The position numbers and the translations under genes are program-made. Of a stretch of DNA of 64,000 nucleotides, positions 49,685 through 62,500 are shown in pieces. Each line of letters opens with the position of its first letter. The stretch's first letter is position 1. Origin of the DNA: Eledone cirrhosa (Eukaryota); NCBI GenBank assembly GCA_964016885.1, contig OZ024749.1:14508001-14572000 (forward strand), in the 5' to 3' direction. A model generated the notes under the pieces. That model did not search any database. It was given only the letters and a program-made list of their open reading frames with translations, and was not told the origin of the DNA.

Positions 49685-52600
49685 ATGGATGTGTTAAGAG
49701 TAGGATGTTTGAATGCACGTGGCCTGGGCTCAACTTGGAAGCAAGCAAAGCTTCTAAATGACCTCAGGTCATGTAGTATAAATGTAATGGTTATCTGTGA
49801 GACTCGAATCAGCGTCATGCGGCAGCTGGCCCCCACCTTCGATGACTTTGAGGTGCATGCATCTCTCTGTCAACCTGGAGGTGGGGGTGGGGTTGTCGTA
49901 CTGCTGCAAAAACACCTGGGTCTTGCCGTACAGGTTGTGCACTCGGACCCGGAGGGTCGTTTGTTGGTGCTAGACGTTGGCAGTAGTGAAGGTGCGGCCT
50001 TGAGACTGGTCGCCGTCTACTCCCCTTTCGGAGCTGAACGGCCCGACTTCTTCCAGCGTTTGGAGACTTTTCTGGGAACGTCGCGTTCCCTGCTTCTAGC
50101 GGGGGATTGGAATGACATCCTAGATGCACGTTGGGATTATGCAGGAGCATGTCCTAATAGAGGGGGGTGTAACAGCCTCAAGGGGTTACTCGACCGTTTT
50201 AACTTGGTCGATAGATATCGACTAGATTTTCCAACTGTGCCTACCTGAACTTGGAGAAACCACAGTGGTCAATCTAGATCGTACTTAGATAGATTCTTAG
50301 TTAGAAGTAAGGATAGGGACATATTAAGCTGTCCAGAAATGCGCACGGTTGGCTACACGGATCACAAATTAGTGACCTGCGTAGTCAATCTCGAGAAAAC
50401 ACATAAACAAGGTCCCGGTTACTGGAAACTTAATTTGTCTTTACCGACAAAAGAGACTTACAGAAACCGGATTAGCAGATTAGTTAAGGAGAGGTTGACG
50501 GGTGCAATCGTCAACAACCGATGGTGGGCATCTCTCAAAAGAGAGATTAGAACAGAATCAATAAGTTATAGCAAGATGTTAGCTGCCGATAGGAATAGAA
50601 ACGAGAAAGAATTAACAGGTAAATTAGAAGAGGCAATCAAGAGCGAAGATGTGGCCAGAGTGCTGGCATCGAGGACGGCCTAGAACCAGTTTTTCGATGC
50701 AAAGCACGAAGGCTGCGTCATTCGAAGTAAAATATGTGCTCTAGGTAATGAGGGGGCCAAAGCCGTTGGCTGGGCCCGCGTGACAGAAGCTAAGAGTGGA
50801 AATCAATCCACCATCCGGTCGTTGCAAGACGAAGATGGACGGGTGATCCGGGAGCCTAAGCAGATGTGCGAGGCCTTTCAAAGGCACTTTGCCCGATTGT
50901 TCGGAGGAGGCGAGGGTCCGGGCGGGGGCGTGGATTTCGGTCCATACCTCGACGGCCTGCCGCGTCCCTTGAACGAAGAGGCAGAGTCCTGCGAGGGACC
51001 AATCTCGGCTGATGAGATCGGAGATGCGCTGAGCCAATGCAGCAGACGCAAATCTCCAGGTCTCGATGGTATACCTTACAAACTTTATTTAGCAATGCTG
51101 GTCTTCTTCTCCGAACTCGTCGAAGCGGTCTACTGCAATTGGCAGCAGAACAGGAGAATTCCTTGTTCTGTAGCCAAGGGCGTAGTCACGCTGGTGAGGA
51201 AGGACGAGAACAAGGGAGATAGTATAAATTATTTTTGGCCCATAACCCTGCTAAACACAGAGTTAAAGATTTTGGCCAAGGTGTTAGCAAAGAGGTTGGC
51301 GCTTATCGTGGGTGGCCTGGTGGGAGATGCGCAGACATGTGCTATCCCATCCAGGTCCATTCACGATAACCTCCACCTCATGCGATACATCATAGAGAGG
51401 GTTGGCAACAAACCCGGCTTCGGTGGGGCCCTGATCAACTTGGATCAGTCTAAGGCCTTCGATAGAGTCGACCATGGTTACCTGGATGCGGTGCTAGCGG
51501 CGGCTGGGTCGACCTGTTTTCAGAGGCTGGATCACTGCCTTACATAGCAACCACATCTGTTCTAGGATCAAGGTGAACGGCTACCTTTCGAAGCCGTTCG
51601 AAATCACACGATCCATTCGACAGGGGTGCCCTCTCTCCTCCCTTTTGTACGTATTGACTCTCGAGCCTTTACTGAGGAAGTTGGAGTTGTTGCAGGGTAT
51701 CCCCCTGGAACCAGGATTGAGCAAAGCGGTGTCGGCCTATGCCGATGACGTAACAGTAGTGGTATCGACCGACTCGGAGATCGAGGCGATCGGTACCTTA
51801 CTGGAGGATTACGAAAGGTTGTCAGGAGCGAAACTGAACCGGGAAAAATCCATCGGGCTGCAACTCGGAACGTGGAGAGGCAGACCGATGCCTCCCGATG
51901 GTGTCGTCGGACACTGGACGGAGGGCCCAGTAAAGTTGCTTGGGGTCTGGTTTGGACCGGACCTCCAGGTGGAAAAGAACTGGAACGAGGTTACGAACAA
52001 GGTGTTTGCACTAACCCAGAAATGGGCCAAGTGTAAGCTGTCCCTAAAAGGGCGGGCGGAGGTGGCGAACATTTACATAGCGTCCGTCACTTACTACCGC
52101 CTGACTGTCGTGCCTTGCCCTAAGGAAACACTCACCACCATGGAACGCATGCTCTTCCAATTTCTTTGGAAGAAGCGCCCTCCTATGGTGAGAAGATCCA
52201 TCTGCTGCCAACAACCTTCGAAAGGAGGGCTGGGGATGCCGTGGTTGATGATGCGTAGGCACGCATTAAGGCTACGGCACCTACAGGTATTCCTCACTGG
52301 TCAACCGGTGTGGGCTCCGTTCGTGAAACGAGCCTTTCCGAGACTCGTCTCGCTCACCGAGCTGCAGTCCTGGGTCAAGCAAAGATCCGGAAAACTGGGA
52401 GACTGGCACACTGAGTGTGCCCAGGCGCTCAGGGCTCTCTGGCAAGCGGGCCAGGCCGTCGGTGGAGAATCCACCTCATCATTCTATAGAGGGCTGGTGG
52501 CTAGCAGGGGCGATGACACCCTTGGAGAGTCGCTGGACATGGAAGAGGACGAACTGGTCAGCCTGTTTGGTAGGACTTTCGGCCCAAGACCAATGGACAA

Positions 52601-53120
52601 CTTCCAGAAGTCACTAGCCTGGCAGTGCTACCGGGGGGCTCTACCTGTTCGAGAGAGGCTCTACAGACACGGGCGCCCGGGCAGGGATCCCTCAAAAAAG
52701 ATTTGCCCTAGATGCGTGCGTCACGAAGAAACCGTTGCGCACGCATTGGTGCAATGTCCGGGCGTGGCTGATCTGTGGGGCTACGCCGAACGACTGCTGT
52801 CGCGGGTGGCGCCGATTCAATTGACCGCCGAGTCCGTGATGACAATCAAACCGCCTCCCCTCTTCACAAAGGAAGCAAAGGCGGTTTTTCTGTGCGTAAT
52901 AGCTATGTTGAAAGAGGTTGTTTGGTGGACACGATTGAAAGGTCTGAGGTCAGGCAACTTCCTCTCTGGCCATAGTCTGGTCTACTTCTTCCGATATCAC
53001 TTCGGAAGAAGGATAAGAATGGAGAGAGAGGTGCTTGGCCACAGGCAGTTTTATGAAAGGTGGGTGATAGTGGTGAGAATGGCTCGTGTAAATGGGCCTT
53101 CTCTGTATACCATCCTGTAG
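49685..53120 (+). pseudogene. LINE ORF2 (APE endonuclease, RT, C-terminal Zn finger), disabled
   Basis: EN: LNARGL, ICETR, GDWND, SYLDRF, TDHK. RT: SPGLDG, LDQSKAFDRVDH, RQGCPLS, YADD. Zn finger: CPRC..ETVAHALVQC. In-frame TGA 50246, TAG 50681, frameshift ~51510-51570. Confidence 0.95.
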
Positions 53121-53379
53121 GTAAAGAAGTAAAGGAGAGGAGAGCACCTTCTCCATGTGCTCCCCGGGCAAAGGATTGCACACTTTTTCGGGGGTGTGTG
53201 CAACGCCCATCACGTCCCCTCCCTTTTGAGGTTATTTTCGATTATTTTCATTTTATACCCTTTTTACTCGATTGTATGTAAACTCCCCCTTTGTATTTGT
53301 CCCTTCTTTTTATGCCTTTATGGTAAATAAATAAATAAATATATCTATCTATCAATTTATCTATCTGTCTATCTATGCC

Positions 53380-53509
53380 TCAATCCCTCACTCTCTCTCT
53401 CTCTCTCTCGCTCTCCCTCAATCTCTCTCTCTTGCTCTCCCTCAATCTCTCTCTCTCGCTCTCCCTCAATCTCTCTCTCTCGCTCTCCCTCAATCTCTCT
53501 CGCTCTCCT

Positions 53510-53541
<32 letters not shown>

Positions 53542-54070
53542 ACCAGGTAGTCACTATCCAAGAACCCTTGTTGTAATACCAGCTCTCTCTCCCTCACTAT
53601 ATACCTATCTCTCTCTCCCTCACTATATACCTATCTCTCTCTCCCTCACTATATACCTATCTCTCTCTCCCTCACTATATACCTATCTCTCTCTCCCTCA
53701 CTATATACCTATCTCTCTCTCCCTCACTATATACCTATCTCTCTCTCACTCACTATATACCTATATCTCTCTCCCTCACTATATACCTCTCTCTCCCTCT
53801 CTATCTACCTCTCTCTCTCTCTCTCTATCTACTTCTCTCTCCCTCTCTATCTACGTCTCTCCCCCTCACTATATACCTATCTCTCTCTCACTCTCTATCT
53901 ACCTCTCTCTCTCTCTATCTATCTACCTCTCTCTCTTTATCTATCTATCTATCTCTCTATCTACCTCTCTCTATCTACCTCCCTCTCTACCTCCCTCTCT
54001 ATCTCCCTCTCTATCTACCTCCCTCTCTATCTACCTCCCTCTCTATCTATCTACCTCTCTCTCTCTCTCT
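53380..54070. repeat. (CT)-rich compound repeat with ctccctcactatatacctatct units
   Basis: Direct inspection. Confidence 0.9.
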
Positions 54071-54078
54071 ATCACCAG

Positions 54079-54184
54079 GTGGTCACTATCCAGGAAGAGC
54101 CATTCATTAAGAAGAGACTAATAACCAAAGGTGAATCCTGTGACTTAGAAGAAGTCCCTTGTCCATACGTTGACAAAGGAACAG
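54079..54184 (+). CDS. GRIN1: NR1 exon (S1 ligand-binding): VVTIQEEPFIKKRLITKGESCDLEEVPCPYVDKGT
   Basis: caccag|...|gtatgt, phase 0 to 1. Matches GluN1 IVTIHQEPFV and the loop-1 cysteines. Confidence 0.93.
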
Positions 54185-54204
54185 GTATGTAACGTACTGC
54201 ACTA

Positions 54205-54490
54205 TATAGTAGTGGTAGTAGTGGTGGTGGTAGTAGTAGTGGGGGGGGGGTTGTAGTAGTGGGGGTGGAGTGGTGGTGGTGGTAGAAGTGGTGGGGGTGG
54301 TAGTAGTGGTGATAGTGGCAGTAGTGGTGGTGGTATTAGTAGTGGTTGTGGTGATAGTGGTGGTAGTGGTGGTGGTAGTAGTAGCAGTAGTTGTAGTAGT
54401 AGTTGCAGTAGTAGTTGTAGTGATGGTAGTAATAGTGGTAATGGAAGTAGCAGCAACAGTGGTGGTGGTAGTAGTTGTTGTAGTAGTTAT
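54205..54490. repeat. (GTG/GTA)n tract
   Basis: Direct inspection. Confidence 0.9.
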
Positions 54491-54913
54491 TTGCATACAG
54501 AACAAAAGCTGGCAGTCAAAGAAAGAAAGTGATGTTCTGATATAGCGTGACTGATATGTTGATACGTGACTGGGGCTGTATATTGAAACATATACCAAGT
54601 GTTCATGTAAATAATTCAAATGAGCTTTGTCAGCCAATGTTCATAAGCATTAAACCTATAAGGTTTTAGCTTATTTTCAACTTAGCATCCAAGAAGGAGT
54701 AAGTTTCTTTGGCAATGGTTAAAGAACCAGAAACAGTACTGTTAGAGTGCTCTCTCTTGCTTTGTTGCTAAAGACTAGTGTTGGATTAATCACCACTTCT
54801 AAAATTTCAGATTAAGGTTGTATAAATGTTTATTTATATGAACATTTCATATACGATGCAATATACAACCCCAGTCAGGTATCAATCACACTGTCGGAAT
54901 ATCACTTCCTCTC

Positions 54914-54950
<37 letters not shown>

Positions 54951-54953
<3 letters not shown>

Positions 54954-55132
54954 AGACAGCTTCCAAAAATAATGGTTGCATCTAATAGGGTACGTCAAAA
55001 TTATTTATAAAACTGTTTATATATTGTATTTTGTCTGATGAAGGCACACCATATTTTAATTTGGTTTCCCTGAAATATGTATAATGAAATAAATATGGTT
55101 TTATAAATATAGTTTCCATTTATTTAATATCG
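54951..55132 (+). mobile_element. Solo Penelope pseudo-LTR with hammerhead (55027-55091) inside (TA)n
   Basis: Homologous to 11245-11415. tattttgt-CTGATGA-...-GAAA-tatgta-TA-atgaaata. Confidence 0.8.
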
Positions 55133-55143
55133 TATATATATAC

Positions 55144-55176
<33 letters not shown>

Positions 55177-55313
55177 AATAAAAAAAAAAAAACACAGGAG
55201 ACAATTTGACACAGTTATATTAGGTTCATGAATGGACCTGTTATTTTTATCTAAAGACATTTTTTCCAATTCCATCCCGCCCATCCCCTCAATCTATCTT
55301 ATTTCTCATTCTT

Positions 55314-55349
55314 TCTTCTGATGAAGGACTAGCATCTGAAACGTTAAGA
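55314..55349 (+). ncRNA. Ultra-minimal hammerhead motif
   Basis: tctt-CTGATGA-agg/tct-GAAACGTT-aaga, with palindromic AACGTT as stem III. Confidence 0.65.
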
Positions 55350-55433
55350 CCTTCTTCCTGCTATATCAAGCGTTAACCTAATATATCCCTTCCAAATACT
55401 GTACCAATTGTGTTGTTATTTCTGTTTACCTTT

Positions 55434-55516
<83 letters not shown>

Positions 55517-55602
55517 ATATTGTTATATTTGGGAAGGGTCATGTTGTTATAATATTGCCAGAAATATTTAGTAAAACACATTAACTGTTTGGTTTGGATT
55601 TC

Positions 55603-55654
<52 letters not shown>

Positions 55655-55699
55655 TATATACATACATATATCAGATATGAAATGATGATGCTGAGGCTT

Positions 55700-55890
55700 T
55701 ACAAGGGCTGCTGTAAAGTTTCTGGCTTTGGGTAAAAGAAAATACAGGAGGATCAATTAATTATGATTTTCAACATATTCCCCTCACAAATTCTCACAGT
55801 TACTGCAGCGGTCCAACTCCCTCTGTAAAGGTAACAGCTCTACCTTTTCACGATACCCTTAAGCCATGAACTTTTCAGCACCTCCTTGTA
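55700..55890. mobile_element. mariner-like MITE
   Basis: ta-caagggctgctgtaaagtttctggc ... gccatgaacttttcagcacctccttg-ta, imperfect TIRs with TA ends. Confidence 0.7.
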
Positions 55891-55954
55891 CTAAAGAATC
55901 TTTGTTGCTAATGATGTGTTAATTAATAAGGCTGATTATGTTGTCTTCTTTCAG

Positions 55955-56079
55955 GTAACCTCACAGATTACTGCTGTAAAGGATATTGTATAGATTTATT
56001 GAAGAACCTTTCAACTAGGGTAAACTTCACTTTCGAGTTACATTTAAGTTCAGAAAATACATATGGATCTTTTGAAAGG
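55955..56079 (+). CDS. GRIN1: NR1 exon (S1): GNLTDYCCKGYCIDLLKNLSTRVNFTFELHLSSENTYGSFER
   Basis: tctttcag|...|gtaggt, phase 1 to 0. Matches GluN1 [36 protein letters not shown]. Confidence 0.95.
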
Positions 56080-56117
56080 GTAGGTCTACTTTTCTTTCAT
56101 TTTACTTTGTATCTGTC

Positions 56118-56124
56118 TTTCTCT

Positions 56125-56204
<80 letters not shown>

Positions 56205-56755
56205 GCACACTCTCTCTCTCACACACACTCTCTCTCGCACACATACTCTCTCTCTCTCACACATATACTCTCTCACTCACACACATACTCTCTCACTCTC
56301 ACACATACTCTCTCTCTCACACATACTCTCTCACTCACACATATACTCTCTCACTCACACATATACTCTCTCACTCACACACACATATACACTCCCTCAC
56401 ACACACACACTCTCTCTCTCTCACTCACACACACATACTCTCTCTCACACACACACTCTCTCTCGCACACATACTCTCTCTCTCTCACACATACTCTCTC
56501 TCTCTCACACATACTCTCTCACTCTCACACATACTCTCTCACTCACACATATACTCTCTCACTCACACATATACACTCCCTCACACACACACACTCTCTC
56601 TCTCTCACTCACACACACATACTCTCTCTCTCTCACTCACACACACATACTCTCTCTCTCTCACTCACACACACATACTCTCTCTCACACACACACACAC
56701 ACACTCTCTCTCTCTCTCACACACACACTCTCTCACTCACACACATACTCTCTCT
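56118..56755. repeat. (CT)n/(CA)n compound microsatellite
   Basis: Direct inspection. Confidence 0.95.
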
Positions 56756-57512
56756 TTCAAATGTTAACATGATTGGGGGTTGAAATGATTGTCTATCTAT
56801 CTATCTATCTATCCATCTGCCTGTCAACTATGTCTAGTTGTCTATCTGTCTACAAACGGCAATATACACATAGATATATACACAACTCTTCAGTCAGCCA
56901 TCCCTCCCACCAATCTCTGAGACCCTAAAAATGGTTGTGGCCATAGCCTTTCCCTCCATAATTAAACTGTTAAACAGAAAAATAAAAATAATAATAAAAG
57001 TAACCGCTACGTTTGATAGATTTTACCTTGAAATTTCAGGAGTTATTTCCCTTTGATCCTTCATGCCTCCCACCTCAACTTCAGTTATTATGCCTCTCTC
57101 AATACCTGAGAATTTCAATGTAACAAACCAACCAAGGGAAGACTCTACGTGGTATTTTAATATGCTAGACATAAGTCAAATCTTCCTCAAATCTCACCCT
57201 TTGTCTGTCTTTAAAAACAGGTTTAGGATACATTGGATAGTTAAGGTAATCCAAGATACTCTACACTACGTCTGAATAAAAAACAGGATTATCACAGCTG
57301 TAAAAACTTTGATCATAAAACTGTTTAACCAGGGTTGTCCTGGGGTTAAACAACAACAACAATAATAATTAAGATCTGAAACGACAAGATATCAGACCTC
57401 ATTCGCTGTCCGAATGGAAGTGAGGTAGAACTCGTCAGATCTGACCAAGGAAACAATGTTTCCATTGGTTTTTCCATTGCTGATACTATCTACCAGTTGC
57501 AACTCCTGGCAG

Positions 57513-57553
<41 letters not shown>

Positions 57554-57767
57554 ATGGCTGCCCCCTCATTATTGAGTATGGTCATTGCACGATATACCAT
57601 TATGAATAATTATTTATTAATTCTACCGTGCAATGCCTGTGTGTGAAGATATTTTTTAAAGTGAGGAAAGACTGTATGTATGTATGTACATACATACATG
57701 TATGTACATACATACATATATATATACATACATACATACATGACTTAAGAGTCAAAGGCCATCCAAA

Positions 57768-58187
57768 ATCACCGGGAGAGATGACCCCTTAGCCTTTGTC
57801 AAGGCAGAATTCTAGGAGAAGGAAAACTCTGATATAACACCTGCAACCCTGATGGTATCCAATGATGTTGACTTGTTCTTCTTTTTGGTAAATATCATCT
57901 TGGTTAAGAGAGTGGGACTGGCTTTGCGCAGTGCCTTTGCTCACTATAAAAGCTTCACGGCACAGGCATTGTTTTATATCTGGAGATCTCTCTGCACTTG
58001 TTGTCACATGGTAACATGGGCCCAGCACTATGTGTCAATAATTGTCACAAGTGTAGTATTTGTACCAGAGTTTTCAAGTCGCTGGCTGGACTAAAAAGTC
58101 ACACTCGTTCAGCGCATCAGTAGGGGTTCTCCTACATGGATATAAAGTAGTGGCCGTACTCGAAAACGAGTTGGCAGCCACCACCAT
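57768..58187 (-). mobile_element. RTE-5'-UTR-like dispersed repeat, inverted copy of 11526-11932
   Basis: The translated pseudo-ORFs are nearly identical in both copies. Confidence 0.7.
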
Positions 58188-58542
58188 GTATGTATATGTG
58201 TATATACATACATACATACATACATACATACATAATATTATATTTACTATCAGAAAAACCAACCTTCGAGTGGTTTTCTGTGTGCTTATTGATATTATAG
58301 CCAAATATATATACATGTAGATATGATGCATCAAATAAAATCGTAATTGACAATATACAGAGAAATTGAAGAGAGACTGTGTTACACTGTCTTCTGTAAT
58401 CAGTAAAGTATTCCACGATACATTAAAAAAGACGATATTATATATAAACTGTATCACAGTGAAATGTAATGAAAACGGAAAAGGAGAAAATTAGTGAAGG
58501 AAATATAAACCTTATATACAGGAGACTGCAGGACTCCGGGAC

Positions 58543-59290
58543 CCTGGGTTGTATGTAACCCCAACACTACAGGGACCAGAGGACTATAAGACACTGGGTT
58601 GTATGTAAATCCCACACTACAGGGACCAGAGGACTATGATACACCACCACCACCACAACAACACCATCACCAACACCATCACCACCACCAACACCAACAC
58701 CATCACCACCACCAACACCACCACCAACACCATCACCAACACCACCACCACCACCATCACCACCACCATCACCACCACCTTCACCACCACCAACATCAAC
58801 ACCATCACTACCACCACCAACACCATCACTACCACCACCACCAACACCAACACCAATACCACCAACACCAATACCACCACCACTACCACCACCACCTTCA
58901 TCACTACCACCACCACCAACACCAACACCAATACCACCAACACCAATACCACCACCACTACCACCACCACCTTCACCACTACCACCACCTTCGCCAACAC
59001 CACCACCTCTACCAACACCATCACCTCTACCAACACCACCACCACCACCACCTTCACCACCACTACCAACACCACCACCACCACCTCTACCAACACCATC
59101 ATCTCTACCAACACCACCACCACCACCACCTTCACCACCACTACCAACACCACCACCTTCACCACCACCAACACCACCACTACCAACACCACCACCTACA
59201 CCACCACTACCAACACCACCACCTACACCACCACTACCAACCCACCACCACCACCACCACCACCACCAACAACAACAACCACACCAACAA
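58543..59290. repeat. Short direct duplication (~51 bp) followed by a (CCA)n tract
   Basis: ctgggttgtatgtaa..cactacagggaccagaggactat occurs twice, then ACC repeats. Confidence 0.85.
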
Positions 59291-59398
59291 GCTTGGTAAG
59301 ATAAAAACTGGGTGTGGCCAGCTCCAGGGGTAGCAGGAGTTGTTTACTTAGTTACTTTGTAAGCCAGTTTATTTCATATGATTGTGTGTATATATATA

Positions 59399-59432
<34 letters not shown>

Positions 59433-59583
59433 ATGATACTTTTTTATGTGTGTCATATGTTGTGTGTGTGTGTGTGTCATGACACTGCTTTTATGTGTGT
59501 CGTGGTTTGTGTATGTTTTAATATGGTTTTTCTGTATGTCACAAATAGGTTTTTTTATTGTATGTGTTATAATAAGATCAAGG

Positions 59584-62500
59584 TAGAGGGCTGGTGGTTA
59601 GAGGGTGCAGGGCTGGTGGTTAGGTGTATGGCTGGTGGTTAGAGGGTGCAGGGCTGGTGGTTAGAGGGTGCAGGGCTGGTGGTTAGAAGGTGTATGGCTG
59701 GTGGTTAGAAGGTGCAGGTCTTGGTGGTTACGTGTATGGCTTGGTGGTTAGGTGTATGGCTTGGTGGTTAGGTGTATGGCTTGGTGGTTAGAGGGTGTAT
59801 GGCTTGGTGGTTAGAAGGTGCAGGGCTTGGTGGTTAGAGGGTGTATGGCTTGGTGGTTAGAGGGCGTATGGCTTGGTGGTTAGAAGGTGCAGGGCTTGGT
59901 GGTTAGAGGGTGTATGGCTTGGTGGTTAGAGGGTGTATGGCTTGGTGGTTAGAAGGTATATGGCTTGGTGGTTAGAGGGTGTATGGCTTGGTGGTTAGAG
60001 GGTGCAGGGCTGGTGGTTAGAGGGTGTATGGCTTGGTGGCTAGAAGGTGCAGGGCTTGGTGGTTAAAGGGTGCAGGGCTTGGTGGTTACAGGGTGTATGG
60101 CTTGGTGGTTAGAAGGTGCAGGGCTTGGTGGTTAGAGGGTGTATGGCTTGGTGGTTAGAGGGTGTATGGTTTGGTGGTTAGAGGGTGCAGGGCTGGTGGT
60201 TAGAGGGTGCATGGCTTGGTGGTTACAGGGTGTATGGCTTGGTGGTTAGAAGGTGCAGGGCTTGGTGGTTAGAGGGTGTATGGCTTGGTGGTTAGAGGGT
60301 GTATGGCTTGGTGGTTAGAGGGTGCAGGGCTGGTGGTTAGAGGGTGCATGGCTTGGTGGTTACAGGGTGTATGGCTTGGTGGTTAGAAGGTGCAGGGCTT
60401 GGTGGTTAGAGGGTGCAGGGCTTGGTGGTTAGAGGGTGCATGGCTTGGTGGTTAGAAGGTGCAGGGCTGGTGGTTAGAAGGTGCATGGCTTGGTGGTTAG
60501 AAGGTGCAGGGCTGGTGGTTAGAAGGTGCAGGGCTGGTGGTTAGAGGGTGCAGGGCTTGGTGGTTAGAGGGTGTATGGCTTGGTGGTTAGAAGGTGCATG
60601 GCTTGGTGGTTAGAGGGTGAGGGCTGGTGGTTAGAGGGTGAGGGCTGGTGGTTAGAGGGTGCATGGCTTGGTGGTTAGAGGGTGTATGGCTTGGTGGTTA
60701 GAGGGTGCATGGCTTGGTGGTTAGAAGGTGCATGGCTTGGTGGTTAGAAGGTGCAGGGATGGTGGTTAGAGGGTGCAGGGCTTGGTGGTTAGAGGGTGCA
60801 GGGCTTGGTGGTTAGAGGGTGTATGGCTTGGTGGTTAGAAATTGTATGGCTTGGTGGTTAGAGGGTGCAGTGCTGGTGGTTAGAGGGTGCAGGGCTTGGT
60901 TAGAAGGTGCAGGGCTTGGTGGTTAGAAGGTGTATGGCTGGTGGTTGGAAGGTGCATGGCTTGGTGGTTAGAAGGTGCAGGGCTGGTGGTTAGAGGGTGT
61001 ATGGCTTGGTGGTTAGAAGGTGCATGGCTTGGTGGTTAGAAGGTGCAGGGCTGGTGGTTAGAAGGTGTATGGCTTGGTGGTTAGAAAGTGCATGGCTTGG
61101 TGGTTAGAAGGTGTATGGCTTGGTGGTTAGAAGGTGCATGGCTTGGTGGTTAGAAGGTGCATGGCTTGGTGGTTAGAGGGTGTATGGCTTGGTGGTTAGA
61201 AGGTGTATGGCTTGGTGGTTAGAAGGTGCATGGCTTGGTGGTTAGAAGGTGCAGGGCTGGTGGTTAGAAGGTGTATGGCTTGGTGGTTAGAAAGTGCATG
61301 GCTTGGTGGTTAGAAGGTGTATGGCTTGGTGGTTAGAAGGTGCATGGCTTGGTGGTTAGAAGGTGCATGGCTTGGTGGTTAGAGGGTGTATGGCTTGGTG
61401 GTTAGAAGGTGCATGGCTTGGTGGTTAGAAGGTGCATGGCTTGGTGGTTAGAAGGTGCATGGCTTGGTGGTTAGAAGGTGCATGGCTTGGTGGTTAGAAG
61501 GTGCAGGGCTGGTGGTTAGAAGGTGTATGGCTGGTGGTTAGAAGGTGTATGGCTTGGTGGTTAGGTGTATGGCGTGGTGTTTAGAGGGTGTATGGCTTGG
61601 TGGTTAGAAGGTGCAGGGCTTGGTGGTTAGAGGGTGTATGGCTTGGTGGTTAGAAGGTGTATGGCTTGGTGGTTAGAAGGTGCAGGGCTGGTGGTTAGAG
61701 GTGTATGGCTTGGTGGTTAGAAGGTGTATGGCTTGGTGGTTAGAAGGTGCAGGGCTGGTGGTTAGAAGGTGTATGGCTTGGTGGTTAGAAGGTGTATGGC
61801 TTGGTGGTTAGGTGTATGGCTTGGTGTTTAGAAGGTGTATGGCTTGGTGGTTAGAAGGTGTATGGCTTGGTGGTTAGAGGGTGTATGGCTTGGTGGTTAG
61901 AGGGTGTATGGCTTGGTGGTTAGAAGGTGCAGGGCTGGTGGTTAGAAGGTGCATAGCTTGGTGGTTAGAAGGTGCAGGGCTGGTGATTAGAGGGTGCAGG
62001 GCTTGGTGGTTAGAAGGTGCAGGGCTGGTGGTTAGAGGGTGCACGGCTTGGTGGTTAGAAGGTGCAGGGCTGGTGGTTAGAAGGTGCAGGGCTGGTGGTT
62101 AGAAGTTGCAGGGCTGGTGGTTAGAAGGTTCAAGGCTCGGTTGTTAGGTGTATGGCTTGGTGGTTAGAAGGTGTATGGCTTGGTGGTTAGAGGGTGTATG
62201 GCTTGGTGGTTAGAAGGTGCAGGGCTGGGGGTTAGAAGGTGCATGGCTTGGTGGTTAGAAGGTGCAGGGCTGGTGGTTAGAGGGTGCAGGGCTTGGTGGT
62301 TAGAAGGTGCAGGGTTGGTTGTTAGAGGGTGCAGGGCTTGGTGGTTAGAAGGTGCAGAGCTTGGTGGTTAGAAGGTGCAGGGCTGGTGGTTAGAAGGTGT
62401 ATGGCTTGGTGGTTAGAAGGTGCAGGGCTGGTGGTTAGAATGTGCAGGGCTGGTGGTGAGAGGGTGTATGTCTTGGTGGTTAGAAGGTGCAGGGCTGGTG

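Larger units (their letters stand above)
47508..53341 (+). mobile_element. Full-length L1/Tx1-clade LINE inside an NR1 intron
   Basis: 19-bp TSD tatctatctatcaatttat (47489-47507, 53342-53360), (TAAA)n 3' tail, ORF1 and ORF2 present. Confidence 0.95.

Noticed and set aside
50246-50683. LINE ORF2 stops TGA/TAG rescued by A-to-I editing or selenocysteine
   Set aside because: Frameshifts in ORF1 and ORF2 remain, so ordinary decay is the simpler explanation.
58599-59333. His-rich or Thr-rich ORFs (also 21591, 22384, 41035, 54107)
   Set aside because: (CCA)n trinucleotide tracts with no supported splice structure.
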